From Nitrospirales bacterium (GTDB lineage Bacteria; Nitrospirota; Nitrospiria; Nitrospirales; UBA8639): a DNA stretch of 64,000 nucleotides. The stretch spans positions 512,001-576,000 of the forward strand of contig CBDCWC010000002.1 in assembly GCA_965223295.1 (NCBI GenBank), written 5' to 3'. How positions within the stretch are numbered: position 1 is the first letter of the stretch; every line of letters starts with the position of its first letter. The notes below the pieces were generated by a model that saw nothing but the letters and a program-made list of their open reading frames with translations, searched no databases and had not been told where the DNA came from. The position numbers were made by a program, and so were the translations under genes. Below, one piece after another: positions 49,869 to 61,110 of the stretch.

Positions 49869-49936
49869 AGTAAGGGTTGCGTGAAACTGAGGTAGAAAAT
49901 GTGATCGGGTGCGAGTGTTAAACGATTTTCTTTTTG

Positions 49937-50359
49937 TCAGCCTCCCATGACCTGTATGACGAGTTCCCGGGTGCGCGCACGGGTATCAAAATCAATTAAC
50001 ACAATCTGTTGCCAGGTGCCTAATGTCAGCGATCCTTGAACAATGGGAATGGTGAGGGAAGGGCCTTGCAATTGCCCGCGCAAATGGGAATGGCCATTGT
50101 CTTCTCCGTGATTCTGAACATTATGCTCCCATTCGTTTTTGGGGGGAATGAGGTTAGTCCAAAAGTTTTTCGTGTCCGCTCGGATGCCTGGTTCGTCTTC
50201 GATAATCATAACGCTCGCAGTGGTATGTTTCACAAATACTGTCAAGGTTCCATTTAATATACATGATTTCTTGAGTATGTTGTTCATCATGAGAGTGAGA
50301 TTCTCTATAGAAGAATCCCCTTGCATGGCAATTTGTAGAGAATGAGTTTTAACCGTCAT
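49937..50359 (-). CDS. yjbQ: YjbQ/UPF0047 family protein
   Basis: HTTAS..E, DNGHSH, LGTWQQI. Confidence 0.9.
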   Translation of the reverse strand: MTVKTHSLQIAMQGDSSIENLTLMMNNILKKSCILNGTLTVFVKHTTASVMIIEDEPGIRADTKNFWTNLIPPKNEWEHNVQNHGEDNGHSHLRGQLQGPSLTIPIVQGSLTLGTWQQIVLIDFDTRARTRELVIQVMGG

Positions 50360-50365
50360 GATACT

Positions 50366-51220
50366 TTAGGCCGCTACCGAGGTCAGATAGCGTTGCTCGG
50401 CAGTCGAAAGTTTTCCGCCGCGGGATTGTCGCAATGTCGTGGTAAAGCATCCTTCACGGGTTAACTGACAAATGGTTGCTAATACCTCTCGACTGATGAT
50501 GTTTTGTTTGGTGAGTTGACGGAGATAGGTAAATGCCGTCTGAAAACTCTCTTCGGACCGGGCATAATAATCTTTCCCACGTCGATGATTGCTATAGGCT
50601 TCGAGCTGTTCGCAGGCGACGAGGATCTCTCCCAATTGATGCATCCAAGCTGGGGCCGTATCTAATTTTTCTGGGTAATAGTAATACAACATAATCCGTT
50701 CCATCCAGGGGGCCCATGTGATGTTCAGAGTTGGTAATAGAGTTTTGACCGGACGAAGACATTTCTTGAGTCTCCTGGCAAAGCCCAAGCGCATGTCAAT
50801 ATGGTCTTTGACTGCTGCGGTGATAGGGAGCCCGAGTTTCATCAGCTCGTTCTTATAGCGTAAGATAAAGGCTTGTGATTCTTGCCCATATGGTGTCTGG
50901 GGATATTTCGCCCGCCATTCTCGTGGTCTTGTGGGTATACCTTTTTGCTTCGCCCATGACCAAATAGTGCCAAAAACTTTTGGGTCCAGGCCAGCTCGTC
51001 CCATATCATGTAGCAGACAGGCAACTTCAAATTGTTTAAGCCGAGAGAGCGGATGGCCTAATGTCTCGGCAACGGGTACACACATGCGAGCAGTGCGATG
51101 GGCATGGGCCTTATCATAGCCTGAAAGCATTTTTTCAGGATTAACTGGATGTGGTACATCATATAATGTCAGGAGGGATGAAACCTGAAATCTTGTGAGA
51201 AAGGTGTGCGATGGCTTCAA
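50366..51220 (-). CDS. HD-domain protein
   Basis: YDKAHAHRTAR..LLHDMGRAG. Confidence 0.75.
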   Translation of the reverse strand: MKPSHTFLTRFQVSSLLTLYDVPHPVNPEKMLSGYDKAHAHRTARMCVPVAETLGHPLSRLKQFEVACLLHDMGRAGLDPKVFGTIWSWAKQKGIPTRPREWRAKYPQTPYGQESQAFILRYKNELMKLGLPITAAVKDHIDMRLGFARRLKKCLRPVKTLLPTLNITWAPWMERIMLYYYYPEKLDTAPAWMHQLGEILVACEQLEAYSNHRRGKDYYARSEESFQTAFTYLRQLTKQNIISREVLATICQLTREGCFTTTLRQSRGGKLSTAEQRYLTSVAA

Positions 51221-51557
51221 GGCTGAGCAAGGCTTTAATCTAGGGTGAGGAATTCTGTGGATTAAAAGATTCAGGTATAGCCAATCTATGGTACTCTTCT
51301 AGAGTATCTCACCTTTGCTGAAAGGGTCAATCAATCTTTACTCACAGTGAAGATGTTTTGTGAAGATAAAGCACTTCGCCTATTCGTCTAGTACATACTG
51401 TATGTATGAGCTATCGACGTTGAGTTGGAAGTACTGCCCCATCTTTTTATCTTTGAATTAAAATTCAGTAAGATACTCAAGCGAAATCTGTCGTACTAAT
51501 GTTTCAGGCTTTTCTCAACTGCCGTATTAATCGTCATGGCATAGTGGAGTTTATGGC

Positions 51558-54500
51558 TTGAGGGTTGCGCGAAAAAAGATCATGATATGGGGAGGTCTTG
51601 GACTCCTTCTCCTGACGAGTCTCTTACTCATTCTTCCCCGACTTTTGAATCCCGAATATTTACAGGAGTTGGTGCTTGAACATATCCAGCAAACCGTTGG
51701 GTCGCAAGTGACGGTAGGATATACATCGCTTGCGTTGTTTCCGTCTCCTCATTTTCTTGTTTCAGATATTGTTGTCAAAGAGCAGCCAGATTCTCATGCT
51801 GTTTTTCGTGCACAGTCAATGAGTCTAGAATTAGGTTTGGGGCAGTTGCTGCAGAAAAAGCTTGTCGTGAAAGAATTTTTTCTTGATAGTCCCGAAATTG
51901 AAATTCATCGAGATTCGTCGGGAAAATGGTGGGTATTAGGCCACTCTGATGAAAATTCATCCCTTTCCTCTCTTGCCTCTTTTTTAGTGCTTGGCAAACT
52001 CGTCGTCGCGAATGGAAAGATTATTATTATCGATGAATCCCCATCTGATAGTGTGAGAGGCATTGTATTAGACAATGTTACCTGTGAGACCGAAACCTCG
52101 TATGAAGGTGTCAACGTTGACTCAAGCCTGACCGTATCAGGGAACCTCCGACAAGGCCAAGATACTGCCCCGATTCAACTATCTGGCACATTGGTGGGTC
52201 AAACCAATGCTTCACCTTCTCTAGATAGGCAATTTATATATTTTGACCAGTTAGCCTTCAATGGACAATTTGAGACCAAGAATATTGTTGTGAGTCAGTT
52301 AGCCGAATATGTTCACAATGGTGGGCTTCTTGCTAAATTTCCTGGAAATTTAGAAGTCACATCTCAAATCAAATGGGTGAAAAAAGGGAAGGGTTCTCAA
52401 CTTCATCTATCTAATATTGCACTGGCTAATTCGGCCATGACCTTAGCGGGTAACGTGAATGTTGAGGGTTTGGAAGATGGCCATCAAATGATGTCAGTAT
52501 CGATGCGATCCGCTAGTCTTGATCTTAAAATGATTCGACAGACGGTGTCTCGAGCTTGGCTCCCTGATCCTCTTGTGGATATTTGGGACAAGGCAAAATG
52601 GGGCGGAGAATTAGAGTTGCTTGAAGCACGGGTTATCGGTTCAACGCGGTCAGATGTGGAGACTTCTGTGACAGGAACCTTTCGCCTCAATAACGGATTT
52701 CTGAACGTGCCGGAAATTCCTCAAACTGAACATGTTACTGCTACTGTGAGTGTGGAACCTGATCGGATTCAAGTTTCTGATGCGCGGGGGGTCTATGATG
52801 GCATACCTGTTAACGTCAATCAGGGGGTCTTGTTTTTTAAGGAACTGGGTCCTTGGGGTGAGGTGGAAATTCAGGGTCAAGTTCCCGCCAAAAAAGTGTG
52901 GGATTTTGTCAGTCATTTAGGCGATTCTAGTGATAGCGCAAATCCAATGCAGTCTTGGACGGTGTCCGAAGGTGATGGAATGTTACGCTTGCGATTTGCA
53001 GGGTATGTGTTGGATGAAGACGGTCTCGTATTTCAACAAGGCGACTATCAGCTTCAACATGTGACATTCACGATTCCTGGCTTACCCTATTCGTTGAGTC
53101 ATGCTCAAGGGACCATTCAATTTTCTCCGGATAGTACGGTCTTAAAAAACATTCAAGGAACAGTAGGAGTCTATCCATTAACGATGGACGGGACTATTCT
53201 CCACCAAGGAGATCTTCGCTTGGAACCATTGCGGGTGCATGCGGGGTTTGATGGACAAGATATTTTTTCCAATAAAGGGCCAGTGAGACAGCAATCCGGG
53301 ATTAAAGTTCGAGGGCCTTTACAGGCCTCGGTTACGATGCGGGGTCCCGTAAATCGTTTGCAGGCGAAAGGAAAAATTGATGGAGAAAAAGCTTCATTGT
53401 CGATTCCCTTCCTTTTAGAGAAAGAGGCAGGTCAGCAGGGAACATTGACATTCGATGGTCAGGTGCGTTCCGAAGGAACGATTCGTGTTGAACGAATGGA
53501 ACTTGCCATGTTGCCTCTGCGTCTTCAAGGTCAAGGTGTCATACGCTATCAATCAACATTGGCATGGGAAGGACGTCTTAATTCAGGACCAATTTCGATC
53601 GGGTTACTCCCAAACAAAGTGCACATGTTTGGGAATGCCATGGAAACAGGAATTTTTGAATTGCAATTGGGTGGGAAGGGGGTTGGCCAAGATTGGAAAA
53701 AGTGGGACGTTAAAGGGTGGATGGCGATGACGGATGGCGTGGCGAACATTCCTGGCATCGAAGAAACCATTGAAAATGTGTTTGTGCGATTGCGGATTGA
53801 TCGGGATCTGCTTGATTTAAAGCGAATGGAATTTCGTATGCGAGAAAGTGAAGCGGTGGTAAAGGGATTTATGAGAAATTGGCATACGAATCCACAAGTC
53901 AGTCTGATGTGGGAGTCGCCGCGATTTGATATTGATTTACTGATTCCTAAAGAAGAGCGATCAATCTTACGTGATGGATTTGAATGGCTCGCCGATCATG
54001 GAAAGTTGGAAGGGTCCATTTTAGTTGATCGCCCAATCTATAAAGCCTTTTCTGGTCAAAAACTATCAGCTGCCATAAGTATTCATGACAACTTAGTTTC
54101 AATCGATAAAATCCAAACAATGGTAGAAAAAGAGGGAAGTCTCAAAGGACGAGTGTTTGTGCTTCTTCCTCCTGGGAAACCAGCAGCGATGCGTGCGTCC
54201 TTTGATGGAAATAATCTGCCGTTTGAAAAATTTTTATTGGTGTTGGGCGATGAACGGCGTTTCGTGTCAGGAAGCATGAACATTCGAGGTATGTTGCAGG
54301 GCCATGGACGAAATCCGAGAGGAGTCATTCCGTCATTACATGGAGGAATCCAACTCTCGTTGCGTGATGGCTACGTTCGGAAAGAAACCATCCTGCCGAA
54401 AATTCTGGGTATTTTAAACCTTCCTCATGTCCTGCGAGACAAAGTGAGCTTTGAAAAAACTGGATTTCCTTTTGAAGCGATCAGCACGTCTCTGAAAATT

Positions 54501-54932
54501 GAAGAAGGAAGCTTCTCAACTAAAGATTTTCTCTTACGAAGTCCCATTATGAAAGCCACGGCAGCGGGAATGTATGACTTAGACAGAGATGACTTGAATG
54601 CAGTCGCGGCGGTGAGTCCATTTGGAGCCTATTCTGATACGCTGCAATCTATTCCGCTGTTTGGAAAAATATTTTCTGGAGATCGGAAAGGTATTGCGAC
54701 AGCGATGTTTGCCATGGGTGGGCAGTTAGCTGAACCGCAAATTGCCTATATGCCAAAGGAATCGTTAAAGAATGGATTAACGGGACTTGCGCAATTAGCG
54801 TTTGATGTCTTGAAAAATACCGTGCTGGTCCCTGTTGAGGTCCTGAATGGATCAAATGCAGAGAGGTCATCCTCTACCTCCGAATCGTCAAATCTGACGC
54901 CACAACAATCAAGTGAAACGACGGCAAAATAG
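51558..54932 (+). CDS. AsmA-family (YhdP-like) envelope protein
   Basis: N-terminal TM anchor; beta-rich 1124 aa; C-terminal AsmA_2-like region (GFPFEAI..IPLFGKIF). Confidence 0.8.
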   Translation: MRVARKKIMIWGGLGLLLLTSLLLILPRLLNPEYLQELVLEHIQQTVGSQVTVGYTSLALFPSPHFLVSDIVVKEQPDSHAVFRAQSMSLELGLGQLLQKKLVVKEFFLDSPEIEIHRDSSGKWWVLGHSDENSSLSSLASFLVLGKLVVANGKIIIIDESPSDSVRGIVLDNVTCETETSYEGVNVDSSLTVSGNLRQGQDTAPIQLSGTLVGQTNASPSLDRQFIYFDQLAFNGQFETKNIVVSQLAEYVHNGGLLAKFPGNLEVTSQIKWVKKGKGSQLHLSNIALANSAMTLAGNVNVEGLEDGHQMMSVSMRSASLDLKMIRQTVSRAWLPDPLVDIWDKAKWGGELELLEARVIGSTRSDVETSVTGTFRLNNGFLNVPEIPQTEHVTATVSVEPDRIQVSDARGVYDGIPVNVNQGVLFFKELGPWGEVEIQGQVPAKKVWDFVSHLGDSSDSANPMQSWTVSEGDGMLRLRFAGYVLDEDGLVFQQGDYQLQHVTFTIPGLPYSLSHAQGTIQFSPDSTVLKNIQGTVGVYPLTMDGTILHQGDLRLEPLRVHAGFDGQDIFSNKGPVRQQSGIKVRGPLQASVTMRGPVNRLQAKGKIDGEKASLSIPFLLEKEAGQQGTLTFDGQVRSEGTIRVERMELAMLPLRLQGQGVIRYQSTLAWEGRLNSGPISIGLLPNKVHMFGNAMETGIFELQLGGKGVGQDWKKWDVKGWMAMTDGVANIPGIEETIENVFVRLRIDRDLLDLKRMEFRMRESEAVVKGFMRNWHTNPQVSLMWESPRFDIDLLIPKEERSILRDGFEWLADHGKLEGSILVDRPIYKAFSGQKLSAAISIHDNLVSIDKIQTMVEKEGSLKGRVFVLLPPGKPAAMRASFDGNNLPFEKFLLVLGDERRFVSGSMNIRGMLQGHGRNPRGVIPSLHGGIQLSLRDGYVRKETILPKILGILNLPHVLRDKVSFEKTGFPFEAISTSLKIEEGSFSTKDFLLRSPIMKATAAGMYDLDRDDLNAVAAVSPFGAYSDTLQSIPLFGKIFSGDRKGIATAMFAMGGQLAEPQIAYMPKESLKNGLTGLAQLAFDVLKNTVLVPVEVLNGSNAERSSSTSESSNLTPQQSSETTAK

Positions 54933-55017
54933 AAAACACGAAAATACTCTAGAGAACAGAATACAGATCAAGATTGACATTTCTTGGTCTGACAGGTTGC
55001 TATGAAAGGTCAATGCC

Positions 55018-56034
55018 ATGGTTCCAACCGTAGAATGGAAGAATGATCAAGTCCGTATTTTAGATCAAAGTCTGCTACCTGAAGAAGTGTGTTTTTTGAA
55101 TTGTTCTGACTATGTCTGTGTGGCTGATGCTATTCGGGAGTTAAGAGTGCGCGGAGCGCCTGCCATAGGAGTGACGGCGGCTCTGGGTATCGCTTTGGGT
55201 GCGAGACAATATAGAAAAGTGAGTCTTGATGGTTTTCATCGGCATATGGCAAATGTGTGTGACACGTTAGCGACGACTCGTCCTACGGCGGTTAATCTTT
55301 TTTGGGCTGTGAAGCGCATGAAACGAGTTCTTGGTGGAACTTCGTTTCATGATGTGACGGCCCTACAAGAATCTTTGTTAAAGGAAGCCTTACTGATACA
55401 TCAGGAGGACATTCAGATTAATAAAGCTTTAGGAAAGTATGGTGCCGCGATTATTCAGGATGGAGACAATATCTTGACACATTGTAATGCTGGGGCGTTA
55501 GCCACTGCCGGCTATGGTACGGCGTTGGGTGTCGTGCGAGCGGCGTGGGAAGAAGGCAAGCAGCTTCGTGTCTATGCGGATGAAACGCGGCCTGTGCTTC
55601 AAGGTGCGAGGCTTACGGCCTGGGAACTTCATCAAGATGGGATCCCGGTGACATTGATTACAGATAATATGGCAGGAGCCCTGATGAAAACCCAAAGTAT
55701 TCAATGTTGTGTGGTTGGTGCTGACCGCATCGCAGCTAATGGAGATGTGGCCAACAAAATTGGAACCTATTCGGTTGCTGTGTTGGCAAATGCCCATGAG
55801 ATCCCTTTTTATGTTGCCGCCCCTTTTTCAACAATTGATTTAGAGACTCCAAATGGACACGGCATCCCAATTGAAGAGCGAAATCCGTTAGAAGTGACTC
55901 AAGTGCATGGAAGCCGGGCGATTGCTCCTGCTGGCATTTCAGTATGGAATCCCGCATTTGATGTGACACCAGCACATTTAATTACTGGGATTATTACAGA
56001 ACGAGGTATATTAAAGCCCCATGAATTACGGTAA
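55018..56034 (+). CDS. mtnA: S-methyl-5-thioribose-1-phosphate isomerase
   Basis: [40 protein letters not shown]. Confidence 0.96.
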   Translation: MVPTVEWKNDQVRILDQSLLPEEVCFLNCSDYVCVADAIRELRVRGAPAIGVTAALGIALGARQYRKVSLDGFHRHMANVCDTLATTRPTAVNLFWAVKRMKRVLGGTSFHDVTALQESLLKEALLIHQEDIQINKALGKYGAAIIQDGDNILTHCNAGALATAGYGTALGVVRAAWEEGKQLRVYADETRPVLQGARLTAWELHQDGIPVTLITDNMAGALMKTQSIQCCVVGADRIAANGDVANKIGTYSVAVLANAHEIPFYVAAPFSTIDLETPNGHGIPIEERNPLEVTQVHGSRAIAPAGISVWNPAFDVTPAHLITGIITERGILKPHELR

Positions 56035-56072
56035 GAACAGGGGAGATAACCAGACAGGCGGTATGGAAAACG

Positions 56073-58511
56073 TTAGAGTATTTGACTCAGGACTCTGGAG
56101 AGATCCAAGAGGTTATAGGGTTTGGCAATGACGCCGGAAAATCCAAACTCTTGAAAACGTGACATCACAGGGTCATTGGAATAGCCACTTGAGACAATCA
56201 CAGCAGCGTTGGGGTCTAACGCCTTAATTTTTCGAAGAGTTTCTTGGCCACCCATTCCACCTGGAATGGTCAAGTCTAAAATGGTGGCGACATAAGAAGC
56301 ATTACTTTCTAACGCCTGTGCATAGTAGCTCACAGCGGTTTTGCCATCATGGGCCAGATCGATGTCAAAGCCAAGATGTTCAAGCATTTTTCCCAACACA
56401 TCTTGGATTTCTTCTTCATCATCCATAATGAGAATTCGCCCCTTCCCCTGGATCAACACGTCAGAGGATTCGGGAGGCGGAGCCTCTTGAAGAGAGGAAG
56501 CTGGAAGATAGAGCGTAAAACAGGCTCCTTTTCCCAGTGCTGAAGAGACAGCAAGGTGTCCCTCATGCCGTTTAATAATCGAATAAGTGGTGGCTAAGCC
56601 CAGCCCGCTGCCTTTTTGTTTGGTCGTAAAATAAGGATCAAAAATCTTAGAGAGATGATCTTCTGGAATGCCGATGCCTTGGTCGGTCACTGACACGCAA
56701 ACATAGTTCCCTGGTTTCAAGGGAAGGTCAGCAGGGGAAGGTATAGAACAATTTTCAGCTTCGACTGTAATTGCACCGCCCTCGGGCATAGCCTGATCGC
56801 CATTGATCACAAGATTTTGTATAACTTGGCTAATCTGGCCTTCGTCGACTTCAACTGGCCAAAGATGCTCCGGAATAGACAGGTGACAACGAACTCTCGA
56901 GCCTCGTAACGCAAATTCCACTGTATCGGTGATAATCGAGGCAATCGAGGTCGTACTCTTCACCGGAGCTCCACCTTTGGCAAATGTTAAGAGTTGTTTG
57001 GTCAGATCGCGAGCTCGCAAACAGGCTTTTTCAGCAGCGGTCAGTCGTTCAACAACAGATTCCTTACTTGAGGAAGCTCCTTTCCCAGTAATCATTTTGG
57101 CTAACCCAATGTTGGCAAAGACCGAGGTTAAGATATTATTGAAATCATGTGCGATACCTCCGGCCAGTAACCCCACAGATTCCAATTTTGTAGCGCGTAG
57201 GCGCTCTTCCTCCAATCGTTTTTGCTCCGTGATGTCACGTGTCACAATGACACCAATGATGGTACCGACACTTGTTCGAAATGGATGAATATGGCTTTCG
57301 AACCATCGCCATTCAGCTTGTTTGGTTTGAATACGGCAGATCATGTCAATTTCTTCAAGCGAATGTATTTGCCGATGAAATGACTTCAAGAGCTCTTGCC
57401 GTTCCTCTGGATGGACGAAATCAAAAAAACTTTTCCCTAACATGTCTGTGGAATCATATCCCAGGACTGCCCGACAGTTGGGACTCACATAATTGCAGTG
57501 ACTGTGATTGTTAATTTCAACAATTAAGTCATAAGCATTTTCCATGATGGCTCGATACCGTTGCTCACTGTCGCGCAAAGCGTCTTCGGTCTTTTTCCGT
57601 TGAAGTTCGCTCGCGGCTCTGGCAGCAAACAATTGGATGATGGATGTTGCCACGTGAGTTTGTGCGATTGGTTCGGGACTGAGTACTAACAGTAAGCCAA
57701 TGACTTGTCCTGCCTGTCCCCGCAACGCGCTACCTAAATAACTTGTGACTGGCCATGCCGAGAGGAGAGATGTTGGAGGAAAGAGCGGCGTGGAAAGAAT
57801 ATTGCCTGTGCAACCTTTGATGTGTATCAGATCTTCAAAGACCAATGGGGGTGGGGTCCATGCGATGTTTTCCGCAAAAGATCCATTTGCCCAAATAGCG
57901 ATCGTTTGTGTGTTGGGATGGGGAACGTGTTCAAGCTCAGCAAGAATCGCATAGGGGGCATTCAGAGCCTGACATAAATCTTTGACTAATGATCGTAAAA
58001 AGGCAATGCTGCCTGGCGCCGGATCGTTCTGCGCAATTTTGCGCAAAGCTTCTTCGAATCGCTTGGAATCAGTAATATCTTTGACGACCGAAATCGCACC
58101 CCATTGCGTCCCTTGAGTATCAAACAGTGGATAACACGATACGAGAAAATAGCCGGACAGAGACGGAAAAGAGGTTTCAACAACAGCTGAAAGCGCGCCC
58201 GCTAATACCGTGTCCCATGGAGGAGGATGTTGTGGATTGATGTTCCCATAATAGGGCAAGCGGTAGTGTTGGCCAACAATGGGGCCGATGTCGGGCTCAA
58301 CCTGATCACGCAGAGCTCGGTTCGCCCAAACAATGTTCCCAGAATGATCCAAGATCATGACATGATCGGTGAGTGCATCAAACGCTTGCTCCCACTTCTC
58401 GGTCATATGGGATTGAGGTAATTCAGTCATGTGTGACATTATCTTGTCCATACGGTGAGAAATGGATGCCGTGGTCTTGTGAAAGGGTCCGTGACGAATA
58501 GTTCTTACCAA
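56073..58511 (-). CDS. hybrid sensor histidine kinase (PAS-GAF-PAS-HisKA-HATPase-REC)
   Basis: LAGGIAHDFNN, FTTKQKGSGLGL, ILIMDDE..LDLTIPGGMGG. Real start may be 58451. Confidence 0.9.
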   Translation of the reverse strand: MVRTIRHGPFHKTTASISHRMDKIMSHMTELPQSHMTEKWEQAFDALTDHVMILDHSGNIVWANRALRDQVEPDIGPIVGQHYRLPYYGNINPQHPPPWDTVLAGALSAVVETSFPSLSGYFLVSCYPLFDTQGTQWGAISVVKDITDSKRFEEALRKIAQNDPAPGSIAFLRSLVKDLCQALNAPYAILAELEHVPHPNTQTIAIWANGSFAENIAWTPPPLVFEDLIHIKGCTGNILSTPLFPPTSLLSAWPVTSYLGSALRGQAGQVIGLLLVLSPEPIAQTHVATSIIQLFAARAASELQRKKTEDALRDSEQRYRAIMENAYDLIVEINNHSHCNYVSPNCRAVLGYDSTDMLGKSFFDFVHPEERQELLKSFHRQIHSLEEIDMICRIQTKQAEWRWFESHIHPFRTSVGTIIGVIVTRDITEQKRLEEERLRATKLESVGLLAGGIAHDFNNILTSVFANIGLAKMITGKGASSSKESVVERLTAAEKACLRARDLTKQLLTFAKGGAPVKSTTSIASIITDTVEFALRGSRVRCHLSIPEHLWPVEVDEGQISQVIQNLVINGDQAMPEGGAITVEAENCSIPSPADLPLKPGNYVCVSVTDQGIGIPEDHLSKIFDPYFTTKQKGSGLGLATTYSIIKRHEGHLAVSSALGKGACFTLYLPASSLQEAPPPESSDVLIQGKGRILIMDDEEEIQDVLGKMLEHLGFDIDLAHDGKTAVSYYAQALESNASYVATILDLTIPGGMGGQETLRKIKALDPNAAVIVSSGYSNDPVMSRFQEFGFSGVIAKPYNLLDLSRVLSQIL

Positions 58512-59506
58512 ACAACTGTGGCAAACAGGTTAGCTAGTTCTGGGTCGAGGCTTTTTCCAGCTTCTTGTCGAATGGTCTCTCGTGCTTCAGGTACCGGCAT
58601 GGTTTGGTGAGTACTTTGCCCTGTGCAGTAATTGTCAAAGACATTGGCTAATCCTACTATCCGAGCCGGAAAGGGGATTTTGTCTCCAGCCAGGCCATCG
58701 GGGAAGCCCGATCCATCGAACTTTTCATGATGAGAACGAATAATCTGTTCAACAGCGGGATGAAAGGGAATGTTACTGATGAACTGCGCTCCAATCGTCG
58801 GATGACATTTCATGAGTTCCTGTTCCTGTTCCGAAATGGATGTATGTCCGGCAATTAATCGATCATGGATGCCAACCTTGCCAATATCGTGCAAATAGGC
58901 ACCAAGGTGAATGGCTTCCCGTTCATCTTGATTTAGTTGAAGATGTTCCGTGAGTAAGGATGAATAAAAGTTGACTCGGCTGGCATGTTGGACCAGCTCA
59001 GGATGTTTGGCGCCTAATAGGGTATCAATATTGGTCATGGCGGTTTTGACATCAATGCCTGAAGTCCAGAGGTTTCCCAGGGCTTGGAGAGCGCCCTGGA
59101 GTGAGGAGAGGCGTGTTCGACGCTCTAAAGCTTTTTTGATAATTTCTAGCAGGTCGGAGACATTGAACGGCTTCAGAACATAGGCCGCGACCCCAAGTCG
59201 TATCGCGTCAATGGCTGATTGTAATGTGCCATACCCTGTAATGATCACGACATCAACATCGTGTCCATTTTCGCGGATTTTGGCAAGAAGGTCGGTGCCT
59301 GGTTGATCCGGGAGCTTTAAATCAAGGGTGACCAGATCGATGGGGTGAGTGGCAAGGATTTGCAACGCAACTTCGGCCCGGTCGACCGTATACAGATTGA
59401 AATACGGTGAAAGAATAAGTTTTAACGCTTCTCGTGGGCCATGCTCATCTTCAACGATGAGAATGTTCGATTGAGGGAGAGAAGATCCGGTAGGCTCTCG
59501 ATTCAT
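58505..59506 (-). CDS. response regulator with HD-GYP-like output domain
   Basis: REC (VEDE, LDLKLP, KPF); LHDIGK, HHEKFDGSGFP. Confidence 0.88.
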   Translation of the reverse strand: MNREPTGSSLPQSNILIVEDEHGPREALKLILSPYFNLYTVDRAEVALQILATHPIDLVTLDLKLPDQPGTDLLAKIRENGHDVDVVIITGYGTLQSAIDAIRLGVAAYVLKPFNVSDLLEIIKKALERRTRLSSLQGALQALGNLWTSGIDVKTAMTNIDTLLGAKHPELVQHASRVNFYSSLLTEHLQLNQDEREAIHLGAYLHDIGKVGIHDRLIAGHTSISEQEQELMKCHPTIGAQFISNIPFHPAVEQIIRSHHEKFDGSGFPDGLAGDKIPFPARIVGLANVFDNYCTGQSTHQTMPVPEARETIRQEAGKSLDPELANLFATVVW

Positions 59507-59732
59507 TCACAACTCCTTTTCCAGTGATTTCGCCTCATGAAAACGGAAAAAATGAAAAATCGTTCAAGAGTGAAAAAGCAATACGAATTCTGGAGAAGTT
59601 GCTCGAAAGTTCCTCAATTCATTGCAAGGTGAGTTTGTTTATTCGATAAAACCTCCTGATAAAAAAGTGGATTTCTAAATTAACATAAATCTCTCGTATA
59701 TCTAGAGTCTGGCATATTTCAGACAAGAAAGG

Positions 59733-60389
59733 CTATGGGTTTAACCCATAGCCAGATTGCAAGCGAAAGGCTTTGTCTTTGACAATCAGATCTTGAAATA
59801 ACTGTTGGTACAAGTCTTTCGCGACCACATTAATAAGATGGTCGACATCGGATGGAGAAAAGGTTGCAACCCTATCTGAGCCGTTAGCTCCTAACACCAT
59901 TCGAACGGTACTTCCATCCACCTTATTATTGGCCTCAAAGCGGACCCTCATATCCACGGTGATATCTGTAAAGCCAAATCCACTTTTTGCGTTGGCATTT
60001 AAGGATAACACTGTTCCGGTTAAGGTCACATCTTGATAGGAGTCTTGTCCTGATTGGTTTTCGCCTTGTTGAGAGGCACGCCAATTCCGTTCGTGAAGAT
60101 ACTCTAGCGCCAGATCCGCCATGCCTTCGCTGATATTGCCATTCCAGGCATTGAAATGGGTTTTCCCGCCCCAGAAATGTGTTCGAGACCCTAGTCGATG
60201 TTTTTGGGGACGTGCATCCTGAAAAGGCTCGACCAAAATCGTTAAGTCTTCATGGACGGCTTGTGCTCTATTGGAGGGAAGTGCATGTGGGTCAAAATTT
60301 ATCGTATTCCCTTTCCCTTGGCAGCTACTAAGTAACATGCTGAGTCCTAGGCAGCAAAATAATGTAAGGCGCATAGATCGTATGGTCAC
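59733..60389 (-). CDS. putative lipoprotein
   Basis: Lipobox LSSC; GAGGAG RBS. Confidence 0.75.
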   Translation of the reverse strand: MTIRSMRLTLFCCLGLSMLLSSCQGKGNTINFDPHALPSNRAQAVHEDLTILVEPFQDARPQKHRLGSRTHFWGGKTHFNAWNGNISEGMADLALEYLHERNWRASQQGENQSGQDSYQDVTLTGTVLSLNANAKSGFGFTDITVDMRVRFEANNKVDGSTVRMVLGANGSDRVATFSPSDVDHLINVVAKDLYQQLFQDLIVKDKAFRLQSGYGLNP

Positions 60390-60648
60390 AAATGTCTCCT
60401 CCTAACTCATTTTAGTGAATATCTATAATGTATGGTCCCGTTTTGCTGGGATAGTCCCATGACTAGAGAGGGCAAAAAAGAGGAATACTTGACGAAAAGT
60501 CTCTAATTCTAACTTAAAAGGATGGTAAATTTAAACCGTAAAGTCTCTCCCTATGAGCAAAAACTCTTCTTCCTTGACTTTCTTCTAAATCCCTTGAGAC
60601 TATCGTTTCCGTTATTCCTTCGTAGCTTTTGATAAAGGATAAGTCGCG

Positions 60649-61023
60649 ATGTGGAAGAGAAATTTTTTATTTCGAGCAGAAGACGCGGTGCCATTAGAGC
60701 AAACCGAAAATGAGTTATTTCACGAAACGGATCCAGCTTTAGATAGCTCGGGGCTGCACATGGATAAATATATATCAGTTTGGCTCCAAGGAGATGGGGA
60801 CGAGCAGAGGCCTTCCGTGTATACCAATATGTATGTACGTACCGCTACTCTAGATCCTGTCAAAAAAGTTGGATTTCTCCAACCACTCCAGGGGCGGTCG
60901 CACCAAATACGATCCATGCTCTCTGGCCCACAAAAGGTCTACCTTCGTGATTGGTTATCTCATTCATTTCCGCAAGCATGGCAAGAAGCGGATGAACATT
61001 TTCAAGCCATTCTTTCAGACTAA
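60649..61023 (+). CDS. hypothetical protein
   Basis: AAGGA RBS; 124 aa. Confidence 0.7.
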   Translation: MWKRNFLFRAEDAVPLEQTENELFHETDPALDSSGLHMDKYISVWLQGDGDEQRPSVYTNMYVRTATLDPVKKVGFLQPLQGRSHQIRSMLSGPQKVYLRDWLSHSFPQAWQEADEHFQAILSD

Positions 61024-61110
61024 CGCATCGGACTTTGGTGTCAGTCCGTTCCTGCATGGGAGCATTAACTTTAAGTATTATATGAGTATTTTTTGTCGAT
61101 AGAGTAAAAG

